In this document: piece by piece, positions 36,502 to 46,536 of the stretch
Position numbering within the stretch: position 1 is the first letter of the stretch
Layout: each line of letters opens with the position of its first letter
NCBI GenBank assembly: GCA_023129115.1
Contig: JAGMCR010000017.1
Span: 18,689 to 82,688, forward strand
From: Candidatus Iainarchaeum sp.
Lineage (GTDB): Archaea; B1Sed10-29; WALL01
Direction: 5' to 3'
DNA: 64,000 bases
Notes under the pieces: model-generated
Told to the model about the DNA's origin: nothing
Seen by the model: the letters and a program-made list of their open reading frames with translations, nothing else
Database searches by the model: none
Program-made: the position numbers and the translations under genes

Positions 36502-37777
36502 CTGCGCTGTTGTCCCTCACCAGCAGGACCTTGTTGAAGCTCACGGGCGTCTTTTCGCCGCCCTTGGTGTAATAGAAGTAGTTGCTCTTGTAGTCAATAT
36601 AGCTAATTTTGCCGATGTCCTCGCCATCGGTGTCCTTGATTGCTATGCCCTTGCGCACGCGGGGCTTCACGTACTTCGTTATGTAAATGTACTTAATCAC
36701 GAGGAAGCCCACGAGCGTTATCATGAAGCTAGTGCCCACCGCGACGAACAAGTCTGCGAACGTGGGGCCGGTGGCGACGGCGTCTGTCCAGAACAGGAGG
36801 AACCTGCCCACCACATCGGCGATGACGAAGAGCGCTATCATGGACACGATGCTCCTGGCGTACTTCCGTATCCTGTAGTACTCCCGCTTGTAGTACATGT
36901 CTCCAATCCTTCCGGCCAGGAACAGTATCGCCGCCAATACGGCCAGCCCAATGAAGCCCAGCAGGAACCCGGCAATATTCACTATATTGATGTATCCCGG
37001 CTTGATTATCACTCCCGCGGGCACCGAGTCCCAGACGAATGAGATGTTGTCGAACCCAGCCCACAGCGAGAGCAGGGACAATAGCATCGAGCCAATGTAG
37101 AGCGGGAAGCTCGCGCGCTCGATGCTCGTGGTCTTCCTGAACGTGTTGAACGCGCCGACGAGCGCGTCCTCAATCCCGAACCCCTTGAGGATGAGGTAGA
37201 CCCCAATCAATGCCAGGAAAACGTTGAGCGAAATCTGCTGGATTCCCAATAAGTGAACCGCGCCGTACAGCGCGAGCGCAATGCCCGGCAGGCCAAACAC
37301 GAGCCGCGCGAAGTGCGGGTCACGCAGCACTTCCTTTATGACGTAATAGCTCTTCTCCAGTTCCTTGGCCTGCTTGACTATGATTGTCCGCACCCCAAGG
37401 ACTTTCACCCTGGACTGTATGAGCGGCAGTACCTGCTCGTCGTCCGCGCCGTCGCTCACGAGCACGATGCCCTTGACATCGCCCTTCTTCAGTATGTTCT
37501 CGACCTGCTTCACAATCGCCTTGTCGGCCTTGTGGTCGCGGTCCCTGTGGCCGCAGATGGTCACGACCTCGGCGGCATCGCCGTCCTTCTTCAGCTGGCG
37601 GTACGCCTTGACCGCCCCGTACACTGCGTTAATGTCTGACTCGCTGGGGTCCTTGAGCGCGAGTGCCTGCGCCGCGGCCAGGTTGGCTTTTTCTCCTTTT
37701 ATGGGGCTCTTGACGCCGGCTTTCTTCCCGTAGTCGTCGTCGCGGTCCACGCACAGCACAATAGTCTTTTTCTTCAT
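36491..37777 (-). CDS. DUF373-like archaeal membrane protein
   Basis: Soluble N-terminal domain (MKKKTIVLCVDRDDDYG...) followed by about eight TM segments. Confidence 0.45.
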   Translation of the reverse strand: MKKKTIVLCVDRDDDYGKKAGVKSPIKGEKANLAAAQALALKDPSESDINAVYGAVKAYRQLKKDGDAAEVVTICGHRDRDHKADKAIVKQVENILKKGDVKGIVLVSDGADDEQVLPLIQSRVKVLGVRTIIVKQAKELEKSYYVIKEVLRDPHFARLVFGLPGIALALYGAVHLLGIQQISLNVFLALIGVYLILKGFGIEDALVGAFNTFRKTTSIERASFPLYIGSMLLSLLSLWAGFDNISFVWDSVPAGVIIKPGYINIVNIAGFLLGFIGLAVLAAILFLAGRIGDMYYKREYYRIRKYARSIVSMIALFVIADVVGRFLLFWTDAVATGPTFADLFVAVGTSFMITLVGFLVIKYIYITKYVKPRVRKGIAIKDTDGEDIGKISYIDYKSNYFYYTKGGEKTPVSFNKVLLVRDNSAVIA

Positions 37778-37832
37778 CTCGCCCTACCTTATCCCTTTAT
37801 ATATTTCGTTCTAATTTAAAATAATAGGTTAT

Positions 37833-38870
37833 ATGCCCCAGTTAAAGGATATTACGACAATTCGCCCGGCTGGCAAGAAGCCGCGCGGGAAAGAAGTGGG
37901 CAGTTTCCTGCTCGTTTTGGTATTGGCTGTGCTCGGGATTTTCGCTGTCTACGCCCTGGGCTACATCAGCGAATTCGTCCTCTTGATTGGCCTCCTCATC
38001 GTGCTCTTTTACGTCTACTCCAGCACCCCGCCTTTCCTGGTTGAGCTCGAGCAGTACGAGCGCGCCGTGGTGCTGAGGTACGGAAAGTTCCTGCGCGTTG
38101 CCGGACCGGGATGGGTTTTCCTCACGCCTTTCATCGACGACGCGCGCATCGTTGACCAGCGCGTCGTGGTCGTGGACATACAGCCCCAGGAAGTCCTGTC
38201 GAAGGACAACATCAAGCTCCAAATAGACGGCATCATCTACATGAAAATCAACGACGCCGAGGCCGCCGTAATCAACATCAAGGACCCCATGGAGGCCGCC
38301 ACCACCTACGTGCGCGCCCACTTGCGTGACATAATCGGCAAGATGGAGCTCGAGGCAGTAATCAGCGACATCCACGTCATCAACGAATTGCTCCGCGCGG
38401 GCCTGGCCAAGGTCTCGAAAGAATGGGGCGTCCAGGTAGAGAAAATCGAAATCCAGAGCATCGAGCTCCCCCAGGTCGTGATGGACTCGATGCACGACCG
38501 CAAGGCCGCAGAGCAAAAGAAGTACGCGACCGAGGAGTTGGCGAAGGCCCACGCCATCCAGATTGACGCAGTCCGCAAGGCAGCCGGCCGATTGAGCGAC
38601 CCCGCGCTGCAGTACCTGTACCTCCAGGCACTCGAAAAAGTTGCAGAAGGCAAGTCATCAAAAATCATTTTCCCGCTCGAGCTGACCCATCTCGCGGACC
38701 GCTTGTCCGGCAGCATGACGGCCAAGCAGAAGGACAAGTTCGAGGACGACCTGCTCGACAGCTACAACGAGGTCATTCTCGATGAGACGCGGGAGGGGGT
38801 GCCGATTTCGCGTGAGGACATCCTAAAGACGCTGAAGCGCAAGGCCCGGAAAAAGCTGAAGGGGAAGTGA
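37833..38870 (+). CDS. SPFH/band-7 (stomatin/prohibitin-like) protein
   Basis: N-terminal TM, SPFH core (VVLRYGKFLRVAGPGWVFLTPFID...) and a C-terminal coiled coil. Confidence 0.8.
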   Translation: MPQLKDITTIRPAGKKPRGKEVGSFLLVLVLAVLGIFAVYALGYISEFVLLIGLLIVLFYVYSSTPPFLVELEQYERAVVLRYGKFLRVAGPGWVFLTPFIDDARIVDQRVVVVDIQPQEVLSKDNIKLQIDGIIYMKINDAEAAVINIKDPMEAATTYVRAHLRDIIGKMELEAVISDIHVINELLRAGLAKVSKEWGVQVEKIEIQSIELPQVVMDSMHDRKAAEQKKYATEELAKAHAIQIDAVRKAAGRLSDPALQYLYLQALEKVAEGKSSKIIFPLELTHLADRLSGSMTAKQKDKFEDDLLDSYNEVILDETREGVPISREDILKTLKRKARKKLKGK

Positions 38871-38874
38871 ACCA

Positions 38875-39315
38875 ATGGGCTGGCTTGAGGTATTCCTGCT
38901 TGTTTTAAGCCCGGGCATAGAGCTCCGCGGCGCCATTCCTTACGGCATAGCTACTGGCATGGACCCCATCGTGGTCGGCATCGCCGCCACAGTAGCCAAC
39001 ATTCTCCTGGTTTTCCCACTCTTCTTTTTCCTTGACCACGTCTTCCCCATGTTCGAGAGCTGGACACTATCCCAAAAGCTCTTGAAGCGCGCCCGCAGGG
39101 CGGCGGCCCCGTACGTGGACCAGTACGGCCGGATTGGCCTCGCCTTGTTCGTGGCAGTCCCGCTGCCGGGCTCTGGCGTCTACAGCGGCGCCCTCGCTGC
39201 CTATGTACTCGGCGTCCCCAGAAAATCGTCCATGGTGGGAATCGGCGTGGGCGCGGCCCTCGCCGGAATGCTCGTCACCTGCATCTCGGCGGGCTTCTTG
39301 CCGATGCTGCTTTAG
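38875..39315 (+). CDS. small membrane protein of the COG2426 'putative small multidrug export' type
   Basis: ELRGAIPYGIA (AIP motif) and four TM segments. Confidence 0.5.
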   Translation: MGWLEVFLLVLSPGIELRGAIPYGIATGMDPIVVGIAATVANILLVFPLFFFLDHVFPMFESWTLSQKLLKRARRAAAPYVDQYGRIGLALFVAVPLPGSGVYSGALAAYVLGVPRKSSMVGIGVGAALAGMLVTCISAGFLPMLL

Positions 39316-40151
39316 CCAGCAGCCATCGCTTCTATAAACGCCCCGATCACCACGAACACTACTGCGAGCAGCAGGATTGTCGCGATGTCCTTGATGACGA
39401 CTTTGTTCTTGTAGTCCTTTCTTATCAGTGCGGCCGACAGCATGCCCGCGCCCAGGCCGCCGAGCAAGTACGACCCGACCTCGAAAAGCCCGTGCGGGAA
39501 CAGCGAAATAAGCGAATAAGGCAATGCAATCAAGTAAGAAACAATCAAGCTGCCGCCGCTTTGCGCAGCGTGCTGCCTCGCAAGCGTCCCAATTAGGACC
39601 CCGACAACACTGGCGTTCCACGTGACTATATACACAGCTCCCGCCCCGAACACGAACGAAAACAATAACACGAGCGCGAGCACCCCCAGGTTGTTTTCCA
39701 CGAGGCACATGAACCCGCACGGGCTGGTTACCTGGCCGGTCTGCCGCAGCGACTCAATCGCGCCCAACTCGCCCACCTGGCTCGAGAACACGCCCTCCAT
39801 GGTCTCCAGCGGAAACACGGTGAAGAACAGTGAAGTAACGATGATGAACCCAATGAAGTAAAGCCCGTACACCGCGAACATGTCCCCGTGCCGCATGAGC
39901 ATCCCAATCTCGCTCTTGCTAAGCCACGGCTCGGTGTCCTCCTTCTCCTCAATCTGGATAACCCGCACCATCAGCGGCGCGGCCGCGATGCACGCAAAAG
40001 CCACGACGAGGTGCCCGCTCTCGTTCCCAGTGCCAATCATGCCAGCCAATGCAATCGCCACTGCCCCAATCGCCATGGCCAGGAAAAGCATCTTCCACGG
40101 CGCCCTCTCGGCTTTTTCGGCCTCAAGCAAAGACTCAAGCATGAATAACAC
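39312..40151 (-). CDS. SpoIIM/DUF95-family membrane protein
   Basis: PHGLFE motif with multiple TM segments. Confidence 0.5.
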   Translation of the reverse strand: MLFMLESLLEAEKAERAPWKMLFLAMAIGAVAIALAGMIGTGNESGHLVVAFACIAAAPLMVRVIQIEEKEDTEPWLSKSEIGMLMRHGDMFAVYGLYFIGFIIVTSLFFTVFPLETMEGVFSSQVGELGAIESLRQTGQVTSPCGFMCLVENNLGVLALVLLFSFVFGAGAVYIVTWNASVVGVLIGTLARQHAAQSGGSLIVSYLIALPYSLISLFPHGLFEVGSYLLGGLGAGMLSAALIRKDYKNKVVIKDIATILLLAVVFVVIGAFIEAMAAG

Positions 40152-40182
40152 CTTCTTCGAGCAAGTTTAAAACGTTTTCCAC

Positions 40183-41163
40183 TCACAGCCTCGTTTTTTC
40201 GAATACCCACGGCACTGCGGACGGGTACTCCACGACTTTGAAGGCATTGTATTTATTTGCGAGCCGCCTCGCGTCTTCGACACTGGCCCGCGCCTCTCCA
40301 TTAACCCAGTCCAGCCCAAGCCGCTTTGCCACTGCCTTGTCGACATCCACGACCCCCCGGACCAAGTAGCCATAACGATTCACTTTTTCGTAGTGGCACT
40401 TGATTGTTTCTGCCCTTCGACGTAATCGTTTCACGAGCTGGCCGGCATACTTGTAGTGCACCGAGCAAAAATGCGCGCGGCCACCGACTTCTTTGGCGTA
40501 CCGAACAGTTTTCTCGCCGAGCTCCCGGCTTCCTTCTGCAGCAAACCCGTCGCCCCGCTGCTTGAACCCGTGTGCATTCATTTCTTCTTCGTTGGTGTCC
40601 GAGTACTCGAACTCGTTAAGGTTCAGGAACAACCCGTTGTCGGCAGCGAATTCCACGGCGCTCTTAAGCCGCTTCCAGTCCCCGGGAATGCAGGGCACTT
40701 CAATGCCCACGCCCATCCCGCTGTCCATCGCAGGCCTAAGCCCTTCAAATCCGTGGAGTGCGTGGAAGCGAATTTCGTCCAGCCCCGCTTTTTCGAGCAA
40801 AGAAATGTTTTTTTCAGTCACGAGGTCGCCATAGGTATACAAGTGCACGTGGTAGCCACCAAAATTCTGTTTGGCCAGCCGGATGTAGCCACACACTTTG
40901 TTGACCTCGCACAGTGGGTCTCCGCCAGTGACGCCCATCCCGGTTGCCCGCATTTCCCGGGACTCGTCCAGAAAGTCCTTGTTTTTGTGGATTGGGCGCT
41001 CGTTTGCCCATGCTTGTTTTTTGCCTTTCCGCAGGTCGGATATCGGGCAGTAAAAACAGTGCTGGCTGCATAGCCCCGTGGCAAAGAACACCATTTTCTC
41101 GCCTCTCCAGCAGCGTTTGCAGCCTTCTGCGAGCCTTCCGGCTCTAAACGAGTTGTACCACAC
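40183..41163 (-). CDS. radical SAM enzyme (activating-enzyme-like)
   Basis: CSQHCFYC (CxxxCxxC) close to the N-terminus after GEKMVFFATG. Confidence 0.75.
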   Translation of the reverse strand: MWYNSFRAGRLAEGCKRCWRGEKMVFFATGLCSQHCFYCPISDLRKGKKQAWANERPIHKNKDFLDESREMRATGMGVTGGDPLCEVNKVCGYIRLAKQNFGGYHVHLYTYGDLVTEKNISLLEKAGLDEIRFHALHGFEGLRPAMDSGMGVGIEVPCIPGDWKRLKSAVEFAADNGLFLNLNEFEYSDTNEEEMNAHGFKQRGDGFAAEGSRELGEKTVRYAKEVGGRAHFCSVHYKYAGQLVKRLRRRAETIKCHYEKVNRYGYLVRGVVDVDKAVAKRLGLDWVNGEARASVEDARRLANKYNAFKVVEYPSAVPWVFEKTRL

Positions 41164-41220
41164 GGTTCCATTTATAAACCCCTCCTCTCATAAACCTACC
41201 GATTTTGAGGAGATGAAACA

Positions 41221-41787
41221 ATGCCAGAGGAATTATTGTTCCCCGGCGACTTTATTGTCAATGCCGAGGAATTCCTGCCCGGAATGGGCACTTATGTTGA
41301 AGAGGGCAAGGTTTATGCCGCTGAAGTCGGGACCGCAAAAAAAGACCTAGACAAGCGCGAGGTCTCTGTCGAAAGCAAGAGCAGGACCCCCACCATGCAG
41401 AAGAGGGGCCTTGAGGTCATGGGCATCGTCGCCAAGACCAGCGAAAAAGCGGCGTTCGTGGACCTTTTCCCATTCGAGAGCGACAAGCACCGCTTCGCCC
41501 CAATCCAGGCCTCGACAGTCCTGCGCGTGAACAACATCCGCAGCGGGTTCGTGAAGGACCTGCGGGACGAGTTCAAAATCGGCGACATAGTCCGCGTCAA
41601 GATACTTGAGGCTGAGCCGCAGAACGTCGTGGTCAGCACCGAGGGGCCAAACCTCGGGGTAATCAAGGCATTCTGCGTCAAGTGCCGCACCCCCCTCGAC
41701 AAGGATGGCAAGGACCTTGTCTGCCCCGCGTGCGGGTGGAAGGACCACAGGCACATGGCCAAGGACTACCGCGAAGCACAGGCGTGA
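41221..41787 (+). CDS. csl4: exosome subunit Csl4 (S1 domain plus Zn-ribbon)
   Basis: S1-like core and C-terminal CVKC...CPAC; conserved synteny with rpoL. Confidence 0.8.
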   Translation: MPEELLFPGDFIVNAEEFLPGMGTYVEEGKVYAAEVGTAKKDLDKREVSVESKSRTPTMQKRGLEVMGIVAKTSEKAAFVDLFPFESDKHRFAPIQASTVLRVNNIRSGFVKDLRDEFKIGDIVRVKILEAEPQNVVVSTEGPNLGVIKAFCVKCRTPLDKDGKDLVCPACGWKDHRHMAKDYREAQA

Positions 41788-41793
41788 TATCCC

Positions 41794-42093
41794 ATGGAAC
41801 TGGTTTTTCTAGAGAACAGGAAGGACTCGATGATAGTCGAGCTCAAGGGCGAGGCACACACTTTCCCCGGCCTATTGTGCTGGGCCCTCCTGAAGGACCC
41901 CAAAGTGCAAGTAGCTGTCTACGAGGTGCCCCACCCCCTGGTCGGCACGCCGAGGATGCACATAAAGACCAAGGGCGAGGAGCCCAAGGCCGCGCTCAAG
42001 AAGGCACTGAAGCTCATCCAGAAAGAGCTTGACTCGGTCAACAAGCCAGTCTCCAAGATAAGGGCTTCCCCGAAAGCCAAGGGCAAGAAGTGA
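41794..42093 (+). CDS. rpoL: DNA-directed RNA polymerase subunit L (Rpo11)
   Basis: ELKGEAHTFPGLLCWALLKDPKVQVAVYEVPHPL matches the RpoL/Rpb11 signature. Confidence 0.8.
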   Translation: MELVFLENRKDSMIVELKGEAHTFPGLLCWALLKDPKVQVAVYEVPHPLVGTPRMHIKTKGEEPKAALKKALKLIQKELDSVNKPVSKIRASPKAKGKK

Positions 42094-42096
42094 GCT

Positions 42097-42831
42097 ATGT
42101 TCGGCAAGTACGACCCCGCTGACTTCCTGAAGAAGCGATACAGGCTAAAGGGCTGGAAAGCCGAGGCAGTGGACTGGGGAGTCGGCTTCCTCGAGGCCGC
42201 CTTGTTCTACTTCGTTATCCTCCCGCTAGTCCTCGGCACCTACCCACCGGCCGTCGTGGTCCAGACCTGCTCCATGACCGGCACCTACAACGTGGGCGAC
42301 GTCGCAGTATTGATGGGCACTTCGTTCGACGCCATCAGCGCCCCCGAAATAACCACTCCCGCTCTGGACTATTCCATTTACCCCAACGACATCCGCGAAC
42401 AAACACAAAAGCTCGTCTTCGGCGACGGCCAGGAGCTCGCGGTGCAGACAACCGGCGACATAGTGCTCCACGTATCCCCCATAAGCGGCGAGCAAATAAT
42501 CCACCGCGCCATCGCCAAGGTAACCACTCCAACGGGCCGCTACCTAATCACCAAGGGCGACACGAACATGCTCCCCGACTCAGCCAAAATCGAGTGCGCC
42601 GAGTGGGTCGAAGAGGGGGGTGTCCAGAAGTGTACCCTGCTCAGCCAGCAAATCAGGCAGCTCTGCTCTCCCGCTGACGTGGGCTGGCCCGGCTGCATCA
42701 GCACGCCCGTGCCCGAGGGCAAAATCCTCGGCAAGTCGATCCTGACAATCCCGCTCGTGGGCCACGTCAAAATGCTCTTCATGCACATAGTCACTTTGGG
42801 CCACGGCTACCCTGGCCCGCTGTGGTGCTAA
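42097..42831 (+). CDS. signal peptidase I (archaeal Sec11-like S26B), divergent
   Basis: N-terminal TM, TCSMTG (box B-like Ser), His in IIHRAI, and ITKGDTNMLPD (GDNN..D-like box E). Confidence 0.5.
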   Translation: MFGKYDPADFLKKRYRLKGWKAEAVDWGVGFLEAALFYFVILPLVLGTYPPAVVVQTCSMTGTYNVGDVAVLMGTSFDAISAPEITTPALDYSIYPNDIREQTQKLVFGDGQELAVQTTGDIVLHVSPISGEQIIHRAIAKVTTPTGRYLITKGDTNMLPDSAKIECAEWVEEGGVQKCTLLSQQIRQLCSPADVGWPGCISTPVPEGKILGKSILTIPLVGHVKMLFMHIVTLGHGYPGPLWC

Positions 42832-42875
42832 ACAATTAAATACCTTCGTGCCGTTTCCCATTCGAGGTGTATTCA

Positions 42876-43499
42876 ATGGACGTCAGGTACGACCGCGCGA
42901 ACGACTTGTTCTGGGTGAACGGCAAGCAGGTGTACTGGTCGAGCGTTTACGTGCTCCGCCAGAAAAAAAGCGGCTTCAAGAAATTGTGCCGCAGCCTCAA
43001 GGTAAGCAAGGAAGAGCAGCCGCTCTTCATTGAGGAGCTGGACGACCTGCGCAAGCTTGGCTTCATCCGCGGCAAGGAAAAAATCTCTGTCACCAAGAAA
43101 GGAAAGGAATTCCTCCACGCCATTGAAAAGAAAATCAAGTTCAGGCACCTCCGCGAGAGGGGTATCGAGGACATCGACGACGTGTTCGAGGAAGCAGAAA
43201 AAATCGACCACCTCCGGCTCTCGAAGACAAAGCTCTTGGTCCCGACGCTCCCCGACCACTACGAGCGCGTGGACTGGTTCGCGCTCTTCGTCAACAGCGC
43301 GGTCGGGTACTTTTTCGTGCTGGTCGTTGCGCTGCTCGTCTGGTTTGGGATGGGCGCGCTCGGCGGAGACGCCTTGATAGTCCAGCTCGCGATGTCTCCC
43401 ATAGCCTCGGTCATGACCATCGGCTTTGCCACCGTATTCCTCTGGATTTTCTACCAGGGCGGGAAGGCCATCGAGGGCTTCGCCTTCAGGCACAAATAA
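42876..43499 (+). CDS. hypothetical protein with a soluble N-terminal domain and C-terminal TM helices
   Basis: Start at MDVRYD; the GTG at 42867 is also possible. Confidence 0.45.
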   Translation: MDVRYDRANDLFWVNGKQVYWSSVYVLRQKKSGFKKLCRSLKVSKEEQPLFIEELDDLRKLGFIRGKEKISVTKKGKEFLHAIEKKIKFRHLRERGIEDIDDVFEEAEKIDHLRLSKTKLLVPTLPDHYERVDWFALFVNSAVGYFFVLVVALLVWFGMGALGGDALIVQLAMSPIASVMTIGFATVFLWIFYQGGKAIEGFAFRHK

Positions 43500-43533
43500 A
43501 AACCCCGGCGCTTAAACCATATGTGGTGTTCCC

Positions 43534-44283
43534 ATGTTCGAGCTAGTAGTCTCCAACGCCAAGAGCTTCAAGGCCTCTATCGACGCCATAGTCACACTGA
43601 TTGACGAGGGCGAGTTCCAGCTGACCGAGAACGGGCTGGTCCTGAAGGCAATGGACCCGTCGCAAATCGCGATGGTCTCGTTCGTGATGCCCAAGAGCGC
43701 TTTTGAAAAATACGAGGTGGAGGGCGACCAAAAAATCGGCTTGAACCTAGAGGACCTCGCTAAGGTAATGTCGCGCGTGCGCGGCGACGAGAAGCTCGTC
43801 ATCAAGCTGGACGAGAGCAAGGCCCGCCTTGTTCTGCTGTTCAAGGGAAAGACCACCCGCCGCTTTGTTGTCCCACTGCTGGACATTAGCGCGTCCGCGC
43901 CGCGGGAGCCGAGCATTGACTTCGAGTCAAAGATAAAGTTCTCGGGCAACTTCTTCAAGGAGGCATTGAAGGACACGGGCCTCGTGTCTTCGCATGTTGT
44001 CCTCTCGTCGCTGAAGGACGCGTTCGTCATCGAGGCAAACGGCGACAAGGGCGAGGTCTCAATCCGCGCGGACAAGGGGAGCGACCAATTGTTCGACTAC
44101 ACGGTGAAGAGCGAGTCCCGGGCCATGTACCCACTTGACTACCTCAACGACCTGCTCAAGAACACTGACGCGGCGACCGCGGTCGACCTGGAACTACGGA
44201 CAGACGCGCCTCTCCGGCTCGCGTACAAAATCGACGACGCGACAATCACGTACTACCTGGCGCCGCGCATCGAGACTGCTTGA
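43534..44283 (+). CDS. pcn: DNA polymerase sliding clamp PCNA
   Basis: 249 aa with the archaeal PCNA pattern (MFELVVSNAKSFKASIDAIVTLIDEGEF...). Confidence 0.9.
   Translation: MFELVVSNAKSFKASIDAIVTLIDEGEFQLTENGLVLKAMDPSQIAMVSFVMPKSAFEKYEVEGDQKIGLNLEDLAKVMSRVRGDEKLVIKLDESKARLVLLFKGKTTRRFVVPLLDISASAPREPSIDFESKIKFSGNFFKEALKDTGLVSSHVVLSSLKDAFVIEANGDKGEVSIRADKGSDQLFDYTVKSESRAMYPLDYLNDLLKNTDAATAVDLELRTDAPLRLAYKIDDATITYYLAPRIETA
44225..44283 (+). repeat. direct repeat copy 1 (PCNA 3' end including the stop): acaaaatcgacgacgcgacaatcacgtactacctggcgccgcgcatcgagactgcttga
   Basis: Recurs at 45719-45757 (partial), 46404-46472 and 47569-47636. Confidence 0.85.
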
Positions 44284-44320
44284 GGCAACGCTTTTATAGC
44301 CGATATCCCTTACCCCCATA

Positions 44321-45724
44321 GTGATTATAATGAAGCGCCTACTACTGCTATGCCTGTTGCTCGCCAGCGTGTTCGCCGCGTCTCTCGGCACCACGTTCGA
44401 AATCGACCTGGGCGATCCCATAACTCTTTCTGGGTCTAACTTTGCGTTGGTCTCGGTCAATGTTTCCTTCATGCCCGGCCAGACTAGCTTCATTGTTGTT
44501 GACGTCGACGACGAAGAGCACACTATTGACTTTTTGGGTTACGTTGAGACTGATGGCTTCACAATCAAGTGGACCGACACGATGGTTGGGACCGGCGCGA
44601 CCAGCGCATACCTCCACGTCACCGAAATAGTCTCAATCTCTCTCGACACGAGTTTTACCCTCAACACTAAAACAACGCCCAAGGCGCGTTATGGCTCAAT
44701 GATGATTGAGCTGACCGAGACTTACCAAAGCTCCCTGCCTGGGGTGCCCTCGACAGCGACCGTAAAGATTGACGGCAGCGAGGAAACCATCGCCATCGGA
44801 GGGAACACTACTGCGGGAGACTACATACTCTCCGCCGAGTCAATTTCCTTCGGCTCTCCTGACGACGTCACTTTCTTGCTCAGCTCTCCCCCGGCAGAAG
44901 AAGCTCCTGAAGTAACGCCTACTCCAACCCCTGAGCCAACTCCCACCGCCACTCCAGAGCCGACACCAACTCCCGAGCCAGACAGCGGCACATCCACGCC
45001 CCAGGCAATTGGCGGCACATCCACTCCAACCCCAACTCCCGCACCGATGTTAATCGCAGCCCCCCGGGCAATCAGGGCAGTTCCGGTTGCCATCGTGGCT
45101 CCGGTCGCCAGCAGCACCGCGGTCACCGCCAAAATCCAGGCAACACGCATCGCGGAAACCACTTCCCAGGTTAGGGCGCACAGCGCGGCCGGCAACAAAA
45201 TCACTTACCAGGTCGAGGGCAACGCGACTTCACAAGGATACCTTCAAGTATCCAATGCGCCACGCAAGCCGAAGCAAGTCAAGTTCGACGGCGCGGAAAT
45301 CCCGGAGTGCAGCGTTTCGCTCCTGCAGACCTGCATCACCGCCATCCTGGGCGGCGGGGCCACAGAGGACTGCCTCTGCTGGACTTACAACGAGGCGGAC
45401 ACCCAAGTGGAAATCTTTTATCCGCACTCCGAGCACACGATTGAAATCGATTTCGGGGAAGAAGGCGAGGCGGCAACCCCCACCCCAACTCCAGAGCCTA
45501 CTCCAACCCCAACCGGGGAGTCGCCAACTGGCGACTCCCCCAGTGGCTCCGATGGCGAGTCCACAGACGGCGGCTCCACTCTGCTGTACATTGTTGTGGC
45601 ACTCGTAATCATTGTGCTCGCCGCAGGCGCGTTCTTCTTCCTCCGCAAGAAAAAGCCGCCGGCTCCTGAACTGGACTACACAAAAGAAAGCACCACCCAG
45701 CTTGACTACTCAAGCGAAGAGTAA
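44321..45724 (+). CDS. cell-surface protein with a Pro/Thr-rich linker and a C-terminal TM anchor
   Basis: Signal peptide, (TPTPEP)n linkers, and a C-terminal TM followed by RKKK. Confidence 0.6.
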   Translation: MIIMKRLLLLCLLLASVFAASLGTTFEIDLGDPITLSGSNFALVSVNVSFMPGQTSFIVVDVDDEEHTIDFLGYVETDGFTIKWTDTMVGTGATSAYLHVTEIVSISLDTSFTLNTKTTPKARYGSMMIELTETYQSSLPGVPSTATVKIDGSEETIAIGGNTTAGDYILSAESISFGSPDDVTFLLSSPPAEEAPEVTPTPTPEPTPTATPEPTPTPEPDSGTSTPQAIGGTSTPTPTPAPMLIAAPRAIRAVPVAIVAPVASSTAVTAKIQATRIAETTSQVRAHSAAGNKITYQVEGNATSQGYLQVSNAPRKPKQVKFDGAEIPECSVSLLQTCITAILGGGATEDCLCWTYNEADTQVEIFYPHSEHTIEIDFGEEGEAATPTPTPEPTPTPTGESPTGDSPSGSDGESTDGGSTLLYIVVALVIIVLAAGAFFFLRKKKPPAPELDYTKESTTQLDYSSEE

Positions 45725-45757
45725 TCGTACTACCTGGCGCCGCGGGCGGAGCAATCA
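45719..45757 (+). repeat. direct repeat copy 2 (partial, about 24 nt matching the PCNA 3' end)
   Basis: aatcgtactacctggcgccgcg, immediately after the stop of the surface-protein gene. Confidence 0.6.
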
Positions 45758-45800
45758 TGGTTTTCGCTGCATTGCTTTTGGAGTGGCAAGTGTCCTAGCC

Positions 45801-46058
45801 TTATTTGTATGCTTTGTCGTGGTGGCGGACGTACAAGAACTTTATGGCGTTCTTTTTTACTTCGAAGGTTATGACAAACGACTTGGCGTGTACCCGCCGG
45901 CACCCAGCGAGAGGATTTTTTAGTGGCTTGTAGTGAGATGGGTTGCCCACGATTTCATTCATTTTTTTCTGGACCTGTTGGAATAATGCTTTGTTTTTTT
46001 TATTGAGCTTTTTTAGTGATTTTTCGAATGTGGGGGTGAACTCTATTGAGTATTCCAC
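45801..46058 (-). CDS. relE: RelE/ParE family toxin
   Basis: 85 aa; MEYSIEFTPTFEKSLKKL...YKPLKNPLAGCRRVHAKSFVITFEV matches the RelE/StbE pattern. Confidence 0.7.
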   Translation of the reverse strand: MEYSIEFTPTFEKSLKKLNKKNKALFQQVQKKMNEIVGNPSHYKPLKNPLAGCRRVHAKSFVITFEVKKNAIKFLYVRHHDKAYK

Positions 46059-46060
46059 GG

Positions 46061-46312
46061 CTAAAGCCTCTCGAGGAAGTCGTTCATTTGTTTCTTGCTC
46101 TTGAATTTGCGGGACACTTTTTCTTTCTGGCTTTGTTCGATGGCCATTAGCTCTTCCACGTCCATAAGCATTGACTCCATTTCTTTGTATTCTTCTCTGA
46201 GCCCACTTCTGACGAGTTCGCTGAAGTTAGAGAACAAGCCGTTCTCAACCAGTCTCAAACATTCCTTGTACAATGTAACTGGGATAGTGATAGTCACTTT
46301 CTGTGTCTGCAA
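46061..46312 (-). CDS. ribbon-helix-helix (CopG-like) antitoxin
   Basis: N-terminal beta-strand KVTITIPVTLYKE; sits 2 nt upstream of relE. Confidence 0.6.
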   Translation of the reverse strand: MQTQKVTITIPVTLYKECLRLVENGLFSNFSELVRSGLREEYKEMESMLMDVEELMAIEQSQKEKVSRKFKSKKQMNDFLERL

Positions 46313-46403
46313 TTATACCACCTGAATACCTATTGAGTACATACTCTTATATAAACGTTTCTGTTCGCGTGTCCCCATGGCGGCTGTGGACATGCACACA
46401 TAA

Positions 46404-46472
46404 TACAAAATCGACGACGCGACAATCACGTACTACCCGGGCGCCGCGGATAGAGACCGCCTAGCGCTTGTT
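46404..46472 (+). repeat. direct repeat copy 3 of the PCNA 3' end sequence
   Basis: The first 33 nt are identical to copy 1; the 3' half is diverged and ends ...gcctagcgcttgtt, as does copy 4. Confidence 0.85.
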
Positions 46473-46536
46473 TTCTACAAGATACATATGTTCAGTGTAT
46501 TGAACATACTAAAGATAGAAACATTTAAATATACAT

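Noticed and set aside
41313-41762. Minus-strand ORFs antisense to csl4
   Set aside because: No support; csl4 is well defined with S1 and Zn-ribbon domains.
45087-45648. ORFs 45087-45608 (+) and 45418-45648 (minus) inside the surface-protein gene
   Set aside because: Alternative frames of the Pro/Thr-rich linker region, producing low-complexity artefacts.
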